From NCBI GenBank assembly GCA_016928305.1, contig JAFGKY010000004.1:52-64051 (forward strand): a DNA stretch of 64,000 nt, read 5' to 3'. Position numbers and translations under genes: made by a program. This stretch comes from Bacteroidales bacterium. Lineage in GTDB: Bacteria > Bacteroidota > Bacteroidia > Bacteroidales > UBA10428. This document shows positions 29,527 to 39,679 of this stretch, in pieces (position 1 is the stretch's first letter; each line of letters starts with the position of its first letter). Under the pieces are notes generated by a model, which was not told where the DNA came from, did not search any database, and was given only the letters and a program-made list of their open reading frames with translations.

Positions 29527-29973
29527 CTATTCCGCAACAATCTCAAAAGGTATCTCTATCTGTACTTCTTTGTGCAGTTTTATTCTTGCGTGATATTTTC
29601 CGACTTCTTTGATTAAATCTTCCTTAAAGGTAATATTCTTTCTGTCAATATCAAATCCCTTTTCCTTCAGGGCTTCTGAAATCTGAATCGAATTAACGGA
29701 TCCAAAGATCTTGCCCTTTGAACTGGTTTTTGCACCAATGCTCAGGCTGAGTGTTTTCAGCTTTTCAGCTAATGATTCAGCTTCCTGGCGGATTTTTGCC
29801 TCTTTATGTGCCCGTTGCTTTATTATTTCAGCATGAGCTTTTTTGGCTGAATCCGTAGCATTAATGGCTAGTCCTTTTGGGATCAGATAGTTGACGGCAA
29901 AGCCGTTTTTAACCTTAATAATATCATCTTTGTAGCCCAGGTTTGGGATATCTTGCATTAAGATCACTTCCAT
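29527..29973 (-). CDS. rplI: 50S ribosomal protein L9
   Basis: MEVILMQDIPNLG...VKNGFAVNYLIP, KIFGSV. Confidence 0.97.
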   Translation of the reverse strand: MEVILMQDIPNLGYKDDIIKVKNGFAVNYLIPKGLAINATDSAKKAHAEIIKQRAHKEAKIRQEAESLAEKLKTLSLSIGAKTSSKGKIFGSVNSIQISEALKEKGFDIDRKNITFKEDLIKEVGKYHARIKLHKEVQIEIPFEIVAE

Positions 29974-29988
29974 ATTCGTTACTTTTTA

Positions 29989-30270
29989 TTATTTTAACAA
30001 ATCGGCAACGTAAGGCAGCAAAGCCAGGTGCCTTGCCCTTTTTACTGCAACGGCGACTTTCTTCTGATATTTAAGTGAAGTGCCGGTTACGCGCCGAGGT
30101 AAAATCTTACCTTGCTCGTTCAGAAACTTCTTAAGAAATTCCGGGTCTTTATAATCAAGGTATTTTATCTTGTTCTTTTTGAACCGGCAATATTTCTTCT
30201 TCTTTATTTCGACCGTAGGTGGTGTGAGAAATCTTATTTCACTCTGATTGGCTGGTGCTTGTGCATTCAT
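29989..30270 (-). CDS. rpsR: 30S ribosomal protein S18
   Basis: [25 protein letters not shown]. Confidence 0.97.
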   Translation of the reverse strand: MNAQAPANQSEIRFLTPPTVEIKKKKYCRFKKNKIKYLDYKDPEFLKKFLNEQGKILPRRVTGTSLKYQKKVAVAVKRARHLALLPYVADLLK

Positions 30271-30273
30271 ATG

Positions 30274-30630
30274 TTATTCCTCCTTTACTTTTTCAGCGGT
30301 TTCTTGTTTGTTCCTTCTCTTTTCACTGAATTCGACAGCATACTTATCCATTTTGATGGTCTGGAAACGGATGACACGCTCATCACGTTTGTACTCGGTT
30401 TCCAGCACCTGGATAAGGTTTCCCGGTGCCTTAAAATCAATCAGGTAAAAGAATCCGGTTGATTTTTTCTTAATGGGATATGCCAGTTTTCGCAATCCCC
30501 AGTTCTCTTCATGAACAATTTCACCGCCTTTGTCGACGATCACCTTCCTGAATTTGTCAACCGCTTCCTTCATCTGGGCCTCAGATAAAACGGGAGTTAC
30601 AATGAAAACGGTTTCGTAATGGTTCACCAT
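30274..30630 (-). CDS. rpsF: 30S ribosomal protein S6
   Basis: [18 protein letters not shown]. Confidence 0.97.
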   Translation of the reverse strand: MVNHYETVFIVTPVLSEAQMKEAVDKFRKVIVDKGGEIVHEENWGLRKLAYPIKKKSTGFFYLIDFKAPGNLIQVLETEYKRDERVIRFQTIKMDKYAVEFSEKRRNKQETAEKVKEE

Positions 30631-30667
30631 AAATACAGTTTTAATTATAAATTATTTTTTTGGCACG

Positions 30668-30753
30668 CAAAAATATTAACTTTTTTTATCTAATCAAATT
30701 AATTTTAGGATTTTATCCGTTTTTAGTTATCTGTGGCATTTTATATATATTTG
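30668..30753. promoter_or_regulatory. Divergent Bacteroidota -7 boxes for rpsF and dnaX
   Basis: TATTTTTG on minus (30668-30675) and TATATTTG on plus (30746-30753), both matching TAnnTTTG. Confidence 0.6.
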
Positions 30754-30771
30754 CCGTTGAAATCCTACAAC

Positions 30772-32544
30772 ATGGATAATTATCTTGTTTCTGCCCGAAA
30801 ATACAGACCCGATACCTTTGATACAGTGGTGGGTCAACCGGTTATTACTTCCACACTGAAAAGAGCAATTCTCTCGGGTCACCTGGCACATGCCTACCTC
30901 TTCTGCGGGCCAAGGGGGATTGGAAAGACAACCTGTGCGCGCATTTTTGCAAAAACCATCAATTGCATAAACCCGGGTCCCGATGCTGAACCCTGCAATC
31001 GGTGTGATTCATGTAAATCCTTCAATGAATCCAGATCGTTCAATATCCATGAGCTCGATGCTGCATCAAATAATTCGGTAGATGATATTCGTAACCTTAT
31101 AGAAAGCATACGAATTATACCTCAATCGGGAAAATACAGTGTGTACATCATTGATGAAGTACATATGTTGTCCCAGCAGGCATTCAATGCATTTCTTAAA
31201 ACCCTTGAAGAACCACCTTCGCATGCAGTTTTTATCCTGGCAACCACCGAAAAACATAAAATCATTCCTACGATCCTTTCTCGTTGCCAGATATATGATT
31301 TCAACCGGATAAAAGTGGATGATATTATCGGATACCTGAAAAAAATAGCAGCAAAAGAAGGTGTCGATGCCGAAGAAGAAGCTCTTTCGGTTATCGCCTT
31401 AAAAGCCGACGGAGCTATGCGGGATGCCCTTACTATTTTTGATCAGCTTGTGAGCTTTTCCCAGCATGCCATAACCTATAAAGCGGTCATAGAGAATCTG
31501 AACGTAATTGATTATGAGTATTATTTTGGCATGACCGAATGTTTCATCAGGCAGGATATAGCCAAAGCACTGCTGCTATTCAATGAAATTCTGTTGAAAG
31601 GATTTGACGGATTGAATTTTATCAGCGGACTGGCAGGACATATGAGGGATATACTGGTATCGCGCGATGCTGTCACACTTCCATTACTGGAAACCGGCGA
31701 ATCGATTCGTGAAAAATATAGAGAGCAGGCCCTGAAATGCGAAACGGAATTCATATATAAAGCCCTTGACATCCTGAATCAGTGTGAAATTAATTATAAG
31801 GCAAGCAGAAATCAACGGCTGCATGTGGAGATTGCTTTGATCCGGCTGAGCAATATCAAAGCGGAAAAAAAAACTCTGCCTGACAGAAAATCCAAAGAAT
31901 TGAAAACACCTGAGAAGGAAAAAAGAGCTGATACAAAGGATAATACGCAGACTTCAAAAGATCAGCCAGATACGGCAGAACCAGGTTATGGAAAAAGCAA
32001 TGAAGAAGAAAGACCGGAAGTAAAGGAAGAAAATGGTTCCTATCCAAAAAAAGTTCAGACCATTTCCATAAAAAACGCTCTGCAAAACCTCGGAAATGAA
32101 AACAGGGCAAATAGTATCGAAAGTGAATTTATTGAAGTAAACGAAGATTCATCCGAATGTGAATCTGTTATCGATACCCCTATTGTCCCTGAGTTTATGA
32201 TGAAATGCTGGGAAGCCTTTGCAGAATTAATTCGGAGCGAGAAGCCACGGTTTTCATCCGCGCTTAAGAATGTAACGCCGGTAATAAGAGAAAACCGGAT
32301 ACTTGAGATCTCATTTAGCAACCAGGCCCAACTCGATGCCTTTCATAAGAGTGTGAAGGCTGACCTGGAACGCTTTCTGAGGAGGGAGCTGCAGAAGCCC
32401 GGCATTTGTGTTGAAGCGAATATATTGCCGCCCGACGGACAACATAAAAAATTATATACCGCGGAAGAAAAACTGACCTATTTGAATGAAAAAAATCCAT
32501 TGGTTACAAAATTTGTACAGGATCTGGGACTTGAATTGGAATAA
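30772..32544 (+). CDS. dnaX: DNA polymerase III subunit gamma/tau
   Basis: ARKYRP, GPRGIGKT, DEVHML, SRCQ; ATG at 30772 lies downstream of the promoter box. Confidence 0.95.
   Translation: MDNYLVSARKYRPDTFDTVVGQPVITSTLKRAILSGHLAHAYLFCGPRGIGKTTCARIFAKTINCINPGPDAEPCNRCDSCKSFNESRSFNIHELDAASNNSVDDIRNLIESIRIIPQSGKYSVYIIDEVHMLSQQAFNAFLKTLEEPPSHAVFILATTEKHKIIPTILSRCQIYDFNRIKVDDIIGYLKKIAAKEGVDAEEEALSVIALKADGAMRDALTIFDQLVSFSQHAITYKAVIENLNVIDYEYYFGMTECFIRQDIAKALLLFNEILLKGFDGLNFISGLAGHMRDILVSRDAVTLPLLETGESIREKYREQALKCETEFIYKALDILNQCEINYKASRNQRLHVEIALIRLSNIKAEKKTLPDRKSKELKTPEKEKRADTKDNTQTSKDQPDTAEPGYGKSNEEERPEVKEENGSYPKKVQTISIKNALQNLGNENRANSIESEFIEVNEDSSECESVIDTPIVPEFMMKCWEAFAELIRSEKPRFSSALKNVTPVIRENRILEISFSNQAQLDAFHKSVKADLERFLRRELQKPGICVEANILPPDGQHKKLYTAEEKLTYLNEKNPLVTKFVQDLGLELE
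31865..31873 (+). other. A9 run in dnaX, a candidate slippage/frameshift site
   Basis: GCGG-AAAAAAAAA-CTC; nearby stops in both alternative frames. Confidence 0.65.
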
Positions 32545-32564
32545 ATGATTGGCAAACATGAAAA

Positions 32565-33809
32565 ATGGAATATGAATCGATGAAAGGCCAGGCTATATCC
32601 ATATACAACGGTATTTTAAAAGTGCCTCATAATCCCGTAATACCTTTTATTGAAGGTGATGGAACCGGTCCTGATATATGGAATGCCTCCGTCAGGGTTT
32701 TTGATGAATCCATAAAGAAAGCATATGGAAATGACAGAAAGATAAGCTGGAAAGAAGTGCTGGCCGGAGAAAAGGCATTTCATCAAACCGGTAACTGGTT
32801 GCCCGATGAAACACTAACTGCTATCCGTGATTACCGTGTGGCCATTAAGGGACCGCTTACAACTCCCGTTGGAGGAGGTATCCGGTCAATCAACGTGGCC
32901 CTTCGTCAGCTGCTCGATCTGTATGTGTGCCTCCGCCCGGTCAGATATTACGATGGAGTTCCTTCACCTGTGAAAGATCCGTCTGCTACCGATATGGTCA
33001 TTTTCAGGGAAAATACGGAGGATATATATGCCGGCATTGAATGGATGAACGGAACACCCGGGGCTGCAAAAATTCTTACTTTTCTGCAGCAGGAAATGGG
33101 TGTGACGAAAATACGATTTCCGGAAACAACCTCGGTAGGTATTAAGCCGGTATCAAAGCAGGGTACGGAAAGGCTGGTAAGAGCAGCTATCCGCTATGCC
33201 ATCGATAAGAACCTTCCGTCGGTTACACTTGTGCATAAAGGTAATATTATGAAATTTACCGAGGGAGCTTTCCGTGACTGGGGTTATGACCTTGCCCGGT
33301 CCGAATTTGGTGCGGAAAACATTGACGGTGGACCCTGGTGTGTGATAAAAAATGCTGCATCCGGCAGCAAGATTGTTATCAAGGATGTAATTGCCGATGC
33401 ATTCCTGCAACAGATCCTTACCCGGCCTGCAGAATATTCCGTCATCGCTACACTGAATCTGAATGGTGATTATATATCCGATGCGCTGGCTGCCATCGTG
33501 GGAGGAATCGGCATAGCACCTGGCGCCAATATCAATTTTGAAACCGGACATGCTGTGTTTGAGGCAACGCATGGCACAGCACCAAAATACGCCGGAAAGG
33601 ATATGGTGAATCCGGGTTCTTTGATTCTTTCAGGTGTTATGATGCTCGAATACATAGGATGGGTTGAGGCAGCTCTCCTGATCGTACAAGGCTTGCAGGC
33701 ATCCATCAAAGCCAAACGTGTTACATACGATTTTGAAAGACAAATGACAGGGGCAATAAAATTGAAATGCTCCGAATTTGCCGATGAAATCATACGGAAT
33801 ATGAAGTAA
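32565..33809 (+). CDS. icd: NADP-dependent isocitrate dehydrogenase
   Basis: [54 protein letters not shown]. Confidence 0.96.
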   Translation: MEYESMKGQAISIYNGILKVPHNPVIPFIEGDGTGPDIWNASVRVFDESIKKAYGNDRKISWKEVLAGEKAFHQTGNWLPDETLTAIRDYRVAIKGPLTTPVGGGIRSINVALRQLLDLYVCLRPVRYYDGVPSPVKDPSATDMVIFRENTEDIYAGIEWMNGTPGAAKILTFLQQEMGVTKIRFPETTSVGIKPVSKQGTERLVRAAIRYAIDKNLPSVTLVHKGNIMKFTEGAFRDWGYDLARSEFGAENIDGGPWCVIKNAASGSKIVIKDVIADAFLQQILTRPAEYSVIATLNLNGDYISDALAAIVGGIGIAPGANINFETGHAVFEATHGTAPKYAGKDMVNPGSLILSGVMMLEYIGWVEAALLIVQGLQASIKAKRVTYDFERQMTGAIKLKCSEFADEIIRNMK

Positions 33810-33950
33810 AACAATGTCCGATGAAGAACGCCCGGATCACGAACCGGTAAATGTTGAACGGTATTCTATGGGGAATTAAACTCTTACACCTATGCAATAC
33901 AATCCTTCATAACTTCGTATAAACCTTCGGCAAATCACTAATCGCATACC

Positions 33951-34895
33951 ATGAACCGGATTGATCGTATTTCGGCTATTCTCATTCAACTGCAGACAAA
34001 AAAATACATCACTGCCGGAGAGATTGCAGAAAGGTTTTTCATAAGCAAAAGAACTGTTTATCGTGATCTGAAAGCCCTGGAAGAGGCTGGTATTCCGCTT
34101 GGCGCTGAGCCAGGCAGAGGATATTTTCTGGTTGAGGGCTTTCATTTACCTCCTGTTATGTTTACTTCGCATGAGGCCAATGCACTCCTGATTGCCGGGA
34201 AAATGGTGGAGAAGTTTACCGATCAGTCGGTAAGCAGACAGTTTGAATCAGCCCTTTATAAAATTAAATCTGTGCTGCCGGAAAAGGAAAAACAGCTTCT
34301 GGCCGATCTGCATACTACCATACAGGTATTTTATTCACCTGCTGCAGAACCTTCACCGGGTTATCTTTCCGATCTCCAGCTGGCAGTGGCACAAAGACGA
34401 ACACTGACCATTGACTATCGTTCACAATATAAAGAGGAACATACGAAAAACAGGATTATTGAACCTATAGGAATCTGTTTTTACAGCATGAACTGGCATC
34501 TGATTGCCTATTGCCGGATGAGAGAAGAATATCGTGATTTTCGGATTGACCGGATTCAATCCCTGAAGACGAATGAGGAGGTTTTTATTCCGAAGAACAG
34601 ACTTTCGATGCATGAATATTTTTCGCGCTTAACAAAGGAAGCCGATTTAACCGAAGTAATCCTGAGGTTTGATAAATCAACAGCTGCTGTATTACAGAAT
34701 ATAAAGTATTACTACGGCTTTGTAAGTGAAGAAAAAATTGGTGATCAAACCGAAATGGATTTTCTGGTGAACGATCTGAATTATTTTGGCCGGTGGCTCC
34801 TGATGTTTGCTGACGGAATGGAGGTAATCAGCCCAATCGAATTAAAAAATATTCTGAAAGACCTGATCCGTAAAATCAGAATGAAACAGGAGTGA
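33951..34895 (+). CDS. YafY-family HTH-WYL transcriptional regulator
   Basis: RTVYRDLKAL HTH; WHLIAYC...RDFRIDRI WYL domain. Confidence 0.92.
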   Translation: MNRIDRISAILIQLQTKKYITAGEIAERFFISKRTVYRDLKALEEAGIPLGAEPGRGYFLVEGFHLPPVMFTSHEANALLIAGKMVEKFTDQSVSRQFESALYKIKSVLPEKEKQLLADLHTTIQVFYSPAAEPSPGYLSDLQLAVAQRRTLTIDYRSQYKEEHTKNRIIEPIGICFYSMNWHLIAYCRMREEYRDFRIDRIQSLKTNEEVFIPKNRLSMHEYFSRLTKEADLTEVILRFDKSTAAVLQNIKYYYGFVSEEKIGDQTEMDFLVNDLNYFGRWLLMFADGMEVISPIELKNILKDLIRKIRMKQE

Positions 34896-35000
34896 TGTAA
34901 ATACATACGTTTGATCAATGTTTTCGGGTCTTCCATTCGTTTTTCTTCGTTGTTATATCTTTTAATATCTTTGTCCTTCAGGATGAATTTGTGACTTACT

Positions 35001-38000
35001 TTGTACTTGCGTATGAACGATATGAGAATCGGGATGGGTAACATACATTATACTTTGTTAGTGATATGCATGTCCTTTGGCCTTAATCTTTGTGGCCGAT
35101 CTTTTACTATTAATTTTACACACCTGGATGTCAATAACGGGCTGTCTCATAACCAGGTCAATTGCATTTATAAGGACAGTCGAGGTTTTATGTGGTTCGG
35201 AACCATGTCGGGCTTAAATCGCTTTGATGGCTATACCTTTAAGATATACCGGCATAATCCGGACGATTCTTCCAACATTAATGACAGTTATATCAGTTCC
35301 ATTGAGGAAGATCACATGGGTAGGCTATGGATTCAAACACGTATAGGATATACAATATACAATCCCGAGACTGAATCATTTTCTGATAATATGAATGATT
35401 ATCTCACCAGTATGGGTTTCCCTGCAAGCCAGGTGTCAGATGTATACAGGGACAGAGGAGGGATGCTATGGCTGACCCAGGTAAATACGGGCATTACAGG
35501 GTATGATCCTGAAAAACAGGATATCAGGACGATATGTCATATAGCAAATGATGACAGATCTATCGTTTCAAATGATATTTCTGATTTTATACAGGACAAT
35601 AACAAGGATTACTGGCTGATTACGCATAACGGTATCCTGCAAAAAATAGACGGCAGAAGCTTTAATCTGGTATATAAAGACTTCAGGATACACCGAAAAA
35701 AAGGAGAGCACTGGATGCAATACCAGTTATTTGTCGATCATGATAACGATATCTGGATATATACTTCAAATTATAGCAGTGGTGTCTATTTTCTGGATAC
35801 CCGAACGAAAACTATACAGCTGATCAGCAAAGAATCCGGAGATTCACGCTTGAACAATAACACCATTAAGGGCATTATTCAGGATGATGACAATATGATA
35901 TGGATAGGGACTGATCATGGCGGTATTAACCTGGTCAGAAAACATAATCAAACTGTGGATTACCTGGTTTCGAATCCTTATGATGAGAGGAGCCTGAATC
36001 ATAACAGTATAACCTCATTATACAAAGATGATGCAGGTATTGTCTGGGTTGGAACCTTTAAGAAAGGAATCAATTATTATCATCCGGATATAATCAGGTT
36101 TGGGCTGGTAAGTCATCAGTCGCTTGATCCGGTTAACTATGACTATGATGATGTAAATGCTTTTTTTGAAGATGAAAGAGGGAATCTCTGGATAGGAACA
36201 AATGGGGGAGGGCTGATTTATTTTGACCGAATAAATAATCGGTTCAGTCATTTTCGCCATAATCCCTCTGATCCGAATAGTCTCAGCAATGATGTTATTA
36301 TCAGTCTGTTTATCGACAGCAACAAAAAGCTTTGGATCGGGACATTCTATGGTGGACTGAACTGCTTTGACGGCATCAGGTTTCTTCATTACCGTCATCA
36401 TGCATCTGATCCGGGAAGCCTGGCCGATGATCGTGTATGGACAATTAATGAAGATTCCGAAAATCGTCTCTGGATTGGAACATTGGGTGGAGGCTTAGAC
36501 CTTCTTGACAGAAAAACCGGCTTGTTTAAACATTACAGATTCGGAGATGCTAATTCCGTCCAGTCCGATTTCATATTTTCCGTTACTGAAGACCGGGAGA
36601 AAAACCTGTGGATAGGAACTGCCCATGGAATTAGTATATTGGATAAACAAAGCGGAATCTTCAGGCATATTCTGCAGGAGCCTGGCAATAAGGAAGGACT
36701 GAGTAACAATAATATTATCAACATAACCTGTGACAGCAGGGGATGGATATGGATAGGCACAAGAGAGGGACTGAACCTGTATAACCGGGAAAAATCTTCT
36801 TTCGTAAAAATTACCAGGGCCGACGGATTAGCCGATAACACTGTTTTATCGATACTCGAAGATGAGAATGGTAACCTTTGGATGGCCACATCGTATGGCC
36901 TGTCTAATATGATTATCGATCCCAAATCAACACCGGACAACCTGAAATATGTCGTTCTGAATTATGACGAACCGGATGGGCTCCAGGGTAAAGAATTCAA
37001 TGAGCGATCCGCTTGCAGAACCAGGGGAGGGGAGCTGATTTTTGGAGGGGCCAAGGGATTTAACATTTTCAGACCCGGTGATATTAACATAAACAAAAAC
37101 AAACCCGAAATCGTTTTTACCGGATTTGAAATCTACAATACACCCGTTAAAGTAAATGAAAGGATCAATGGCAGGATTGTGATGAAAAATGCCATAGCCA
37201 GTACAGATGAAATCGTTCTGAAGCATCGCGAAAATATGTTCTCCATTGAATTCGCAGCACTTGACTATTTTCAGCCCCGGAAGAACAAATACAAATACAA
37301 GCTTGAGGGATTCAATACTAACTGGATCGATACGGATGCATCTTTAAGGAAGGCTACCTATACCAATCTGAATCCGGGCCATTATATGTTTCGCGTTATT
37401 GCATCGAACAACGACGGATACTGGAACGAATCAGGTGCCAGCATTAAAATTACCGTGTTGCCTCCTTTCTGGAAAACAAAGGCTGCATTTCTTATCTATT
37501 TTATCGCAATAGCCTTATTGCTGTTATTATTGCGCTTTATCATACTTGAACGTGAAAGAATGAATTTCCGTTTCCAGCAGGAACGCAAGGAAGCCAATCG
37601 CAGGCATGAAATCGATATGCTTAAGATCAAGTTCATTACAAACATAAGTCATGAATTCAGGACTCCATTATCACTGATCATTACACCCATTGAGAAGATA
37701 TTGAAACATGTGGACAAAGTGGAAATAAAAGACCAGCTGTTGTTTATTTACAGGAATGCCCGGCGACTGCTTAACCTTGTGAACCAATTGCTGGATTTCA
37801 GGCGGATGGAATATCAGCAGCTCAAGCTCTGTCCCGCATGGGGTGATATCGTTACCTTTACCCGTGATATTACTTATTCCTTTTCTGATTTGGCTGAAAA
37901 GAAAAATATTGCATTGCTTTTTAAAACCAGTGTTGAGAATTTGCAAACCTTTTTCGATCATGATAAAGTGGAAAAAATCATTTTCAATCTTTTGTCAAAT

Positions 38001-39209
38001 GCATTCAAATTTACACCGGTGAATGGTGAAATTACTGTATCCCTTGACCGGCAATCAAATGATGAACTGCCCGGAGGGAATGGCGATCCGTCTTTGTCCT
38101 GGGTGGTACTTAAGGTAAAGGATACAGGTATTGGAATACCTGAAGAAAAGCAGGAAAAAGTATTTGAGCAGTTTTTTCAGGATGACAATTTCCAGGTGCA
38201 GATCAACCAGGGAACAGGCATTGGATTGTCACTTGTAAGTGAATTTGTTAAACTGCACAAAGGCAGAATTATACTGGATAGCGAGCCGGGTAAAGGTAGC
38301 TGTTTTACGGTTTTGTTGCCGGTTATAGCCGAATCCGTTTTGAATGAGCTGCATACAGCGGATACCTTACAGGCCATTGGAGAGCCTGATCCGGCCCGGG
38401 ATAAAATTCCCGGTCCGAAAGATAAGGATAAACCCACCGTATTGATTGTTGATGATAATGATGATTTTTTGTTTTATCTGAAGGATAACCTTAAAGCCCG
38501 ATACAATATCCTTGAGGCTTCAAATGGAATAATGGGACTTAATATCGCACGGAATAAGTCACCCGACCTGGTAGTCAGCGATATTATGATGCCCGGGATG
38601 GACGGTATCGTACTTTGCCGTACACTTAAAAACGACAGGCATACATCCCATATTCCGGTTATCCTTCTTACCGCAAGAACTTCTGAAACACAACGGATGG
38701 AAGGCTTTGAAACAGGAGCTGATGAATACATTACAAAGCCTTTTAGTTTCGAGTTACTTGAATCAAGAATAAAAAACCTCATTCATCAACGGGAAATTCT
38801 CAAAAAAACATTCCAAAAACGATTTGATCTGACTCCTTCCGAAATTCAGGTAACATCACTCGATGAAAAATTGATCCGGAAGGCCATTTCCATCGTGGAA
38901 AAAAACATGGCAAACACCGAGTTTTCAGTTGATCAACTGGCCAGGGAAATAGGGATGAGCAGGGTTCATTTGTATAAAAAACTTACTTCACTTACCGGGA
39001 AATCACCCATTGAATTCATCCGTGTGATCCGGCTGAGAAGAGCTGTACGCCTGGTAGAAAAAAGCCAGCTTTCAATAGCTGAAATTGCGTACCAGGTTGG
39101 CTTTAACAATCCAAAATATTTTACCCGTTATTTTAAGGAGGAATTTAAAATATTGCCATCCGAATACGCTTCGAAAATAACCAGTGAAAATAACCTTCAA
39201 ATAGATTAG
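35001..39209 (+). CDS. Hybrid two-component system sensor-regulator
   Basis: WIGT beta-propeller repeats, Y_Y_Y, TM, SHEFRTPL kinase, receiver (SDIMMP), AraC HTH; true start may be an ATG at 35013-35034. Confidence 0.95.
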   Translation: MYLRMNDMRIGMGNIHYTLLVICMSFGLNLCGRSFTINFTHLDVNNGLSHNQVNCIYKDSRGFMWFGTMSGLNRFDGYTFKIYRHNPDDSSNINDSYISSIEEDHMGRLWIQTRIGYTIYNPETESFSDNMNDYLTSMGFPASQVSDVYRDRGGMLWLTQVNTGITGYDPEKQDIRTICHIANDDRSIVSNDISDFIQDNNKDYWLITHNGILQKIDGRSFNLVYKDFRIHRKKGEHWMQYQLFVDHDNDIWIYTSNYSSGVYFLDTRTKTIQLISKESGDSRLNNNTIKGIIQDDDNMIWIGTDHGGINLVRKHNQTVDYLVSNPYDERSLNHNSITSLYKDDAGIVWVGTFKKGINYYHPDIIRFGLVSHQSLDPVNYDYDDVNAFFEDERGNLWIGTNGGGLIYFDRINNRFSHFRHNPSDPNSLSNDVIISLFIDSNKKLWIGTFYGGLNCFDGIRFLHYRHHASDPGSLADDRVWTINEDSENRLWIGTLGGGLDLLDRKTGLFKHYRFGDANSVQSDFIFSVTEDREKNLWIGTAHGISILDKQSGIFRHILQEPGNKEGLSNNNIINITCDSRGWIWIGTREGLNLYNREKSSFVKITRADGLADNTVLSILEDENGNLWMATSYGLSNMIIDPKSTPDNLKYVVLNYDEPDGLQGKEFNERSACRTRGGELIFGGAKGFNIFRPGDININKNKPEIVFTGFEIYNTPVKVNERINGRIVMKNAIASTDEIVLKHRENMFSIEFAALDYFQPRKNKYKYKLEGFNTNWIDTDASLRKATYTNLNPGHYMFRVIASNNDGYWNESGASIKITVLPPFWKTKAAFLIYFIAIALLLLLLRFIILERERMNFRFQQERKEANRRHEIDMLKIKFITNISHEFRTPLSLIITPIEKILKHVDKVEIKDQLLFIYRNARRLLNLVNQLLDFRRMEYQQLKLCPAWGDIVTFTRDITYSFSDLAEKKNIALLFKTSVENLQTFFDHDKVEKIIFNLLSNAFKFTPVNGEITVSLDRQSNDELPGGNGDPSLSWVVLKVKDTGIGIPEEKQEKVFEQFFQDDNFQVQINQGTGIGLSLVSEFVKLHKGRIILDSEPGKGSCFTVLLPVIAESVLNELHTADTLQAIGEPDPARDKIPGPKDKDKPTVLIVDDNDDFLFYLKDNLKARYNILEASNGIMGLNIARNKSPDLVVSDIMMPGMDGIVLCRTLKNDRHTSHIPVILLTARTSETQRMEGFETGADEYITKPFSFELLESRIKNLIHQREILKKTFQKRFDLTPSEIQVTSLDEKLIRKAISIVEKNMANTEFSVDQLAREIGMSRVHLYKKLTSLTGKSPIEFIRVIRLRRAVRLVEKSQLSIAEIAYQVGFNNPKYFTRYFKEEFKILPSEYASKITSENNLQID

Positions 39210-39412
39210 TTCAGCTTATTTGTTCTATTTACAGGGTAAAGCGATTATAGGGTCGGCTTTAACATGCTGTAATAGGAATCAAGAAATGAATATTTGATTC
39301 ATTGTCTTAACAAACAATACCCTTTTGTGAAAGATTCTGAGCCCGCTATTTCTTTAAGATGATATACATTTGGAACAATTCAGAATTATAAATATCTAAA
39401 TATAATATTTCT

Positions 39413-39517
39413 GTGAGTTCTCCCGATTTGAAGAGGCGGTACCGGTTGATTCTGATTCTTGAGATTGTGCTGGTAACATTAATAGCCGCCGCTGTCGCAT
39501 TGATCATAATTCTCTGA
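39413..39517 (+). CDS. Putative 34-aa single-pass membrane peptide
   Basis: GTG...TGA encodes MSSPDLKRRYRLILILEIVLVTLIAAAVALIIIL; TACATTTG box at 39365-39372. Confidence 0.45.
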   Translation: MSSPDLKRRYRLILILEIVLVTLIAAAVALIIIL

Positions 39518-39679
39518 CAAATCCTGACCACCACCACGACCCGGTTGAAAAGCAAAAGTCTGCAAGTATATAACTTCTAAAACTATTTTTTTATCATTGC
39601 CATAAATAGAAATGAATGCTGGAGAATGAAAATGAAACACTAATACTTGATTAATTGCATAAATAATATTTATAAGCCT

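Noticed and set aside
33951-34895. WYL protein as a marker of a defence island
   Set aside because: YafY-type regulator flanked by icd and an HTCS, with no defence genes.
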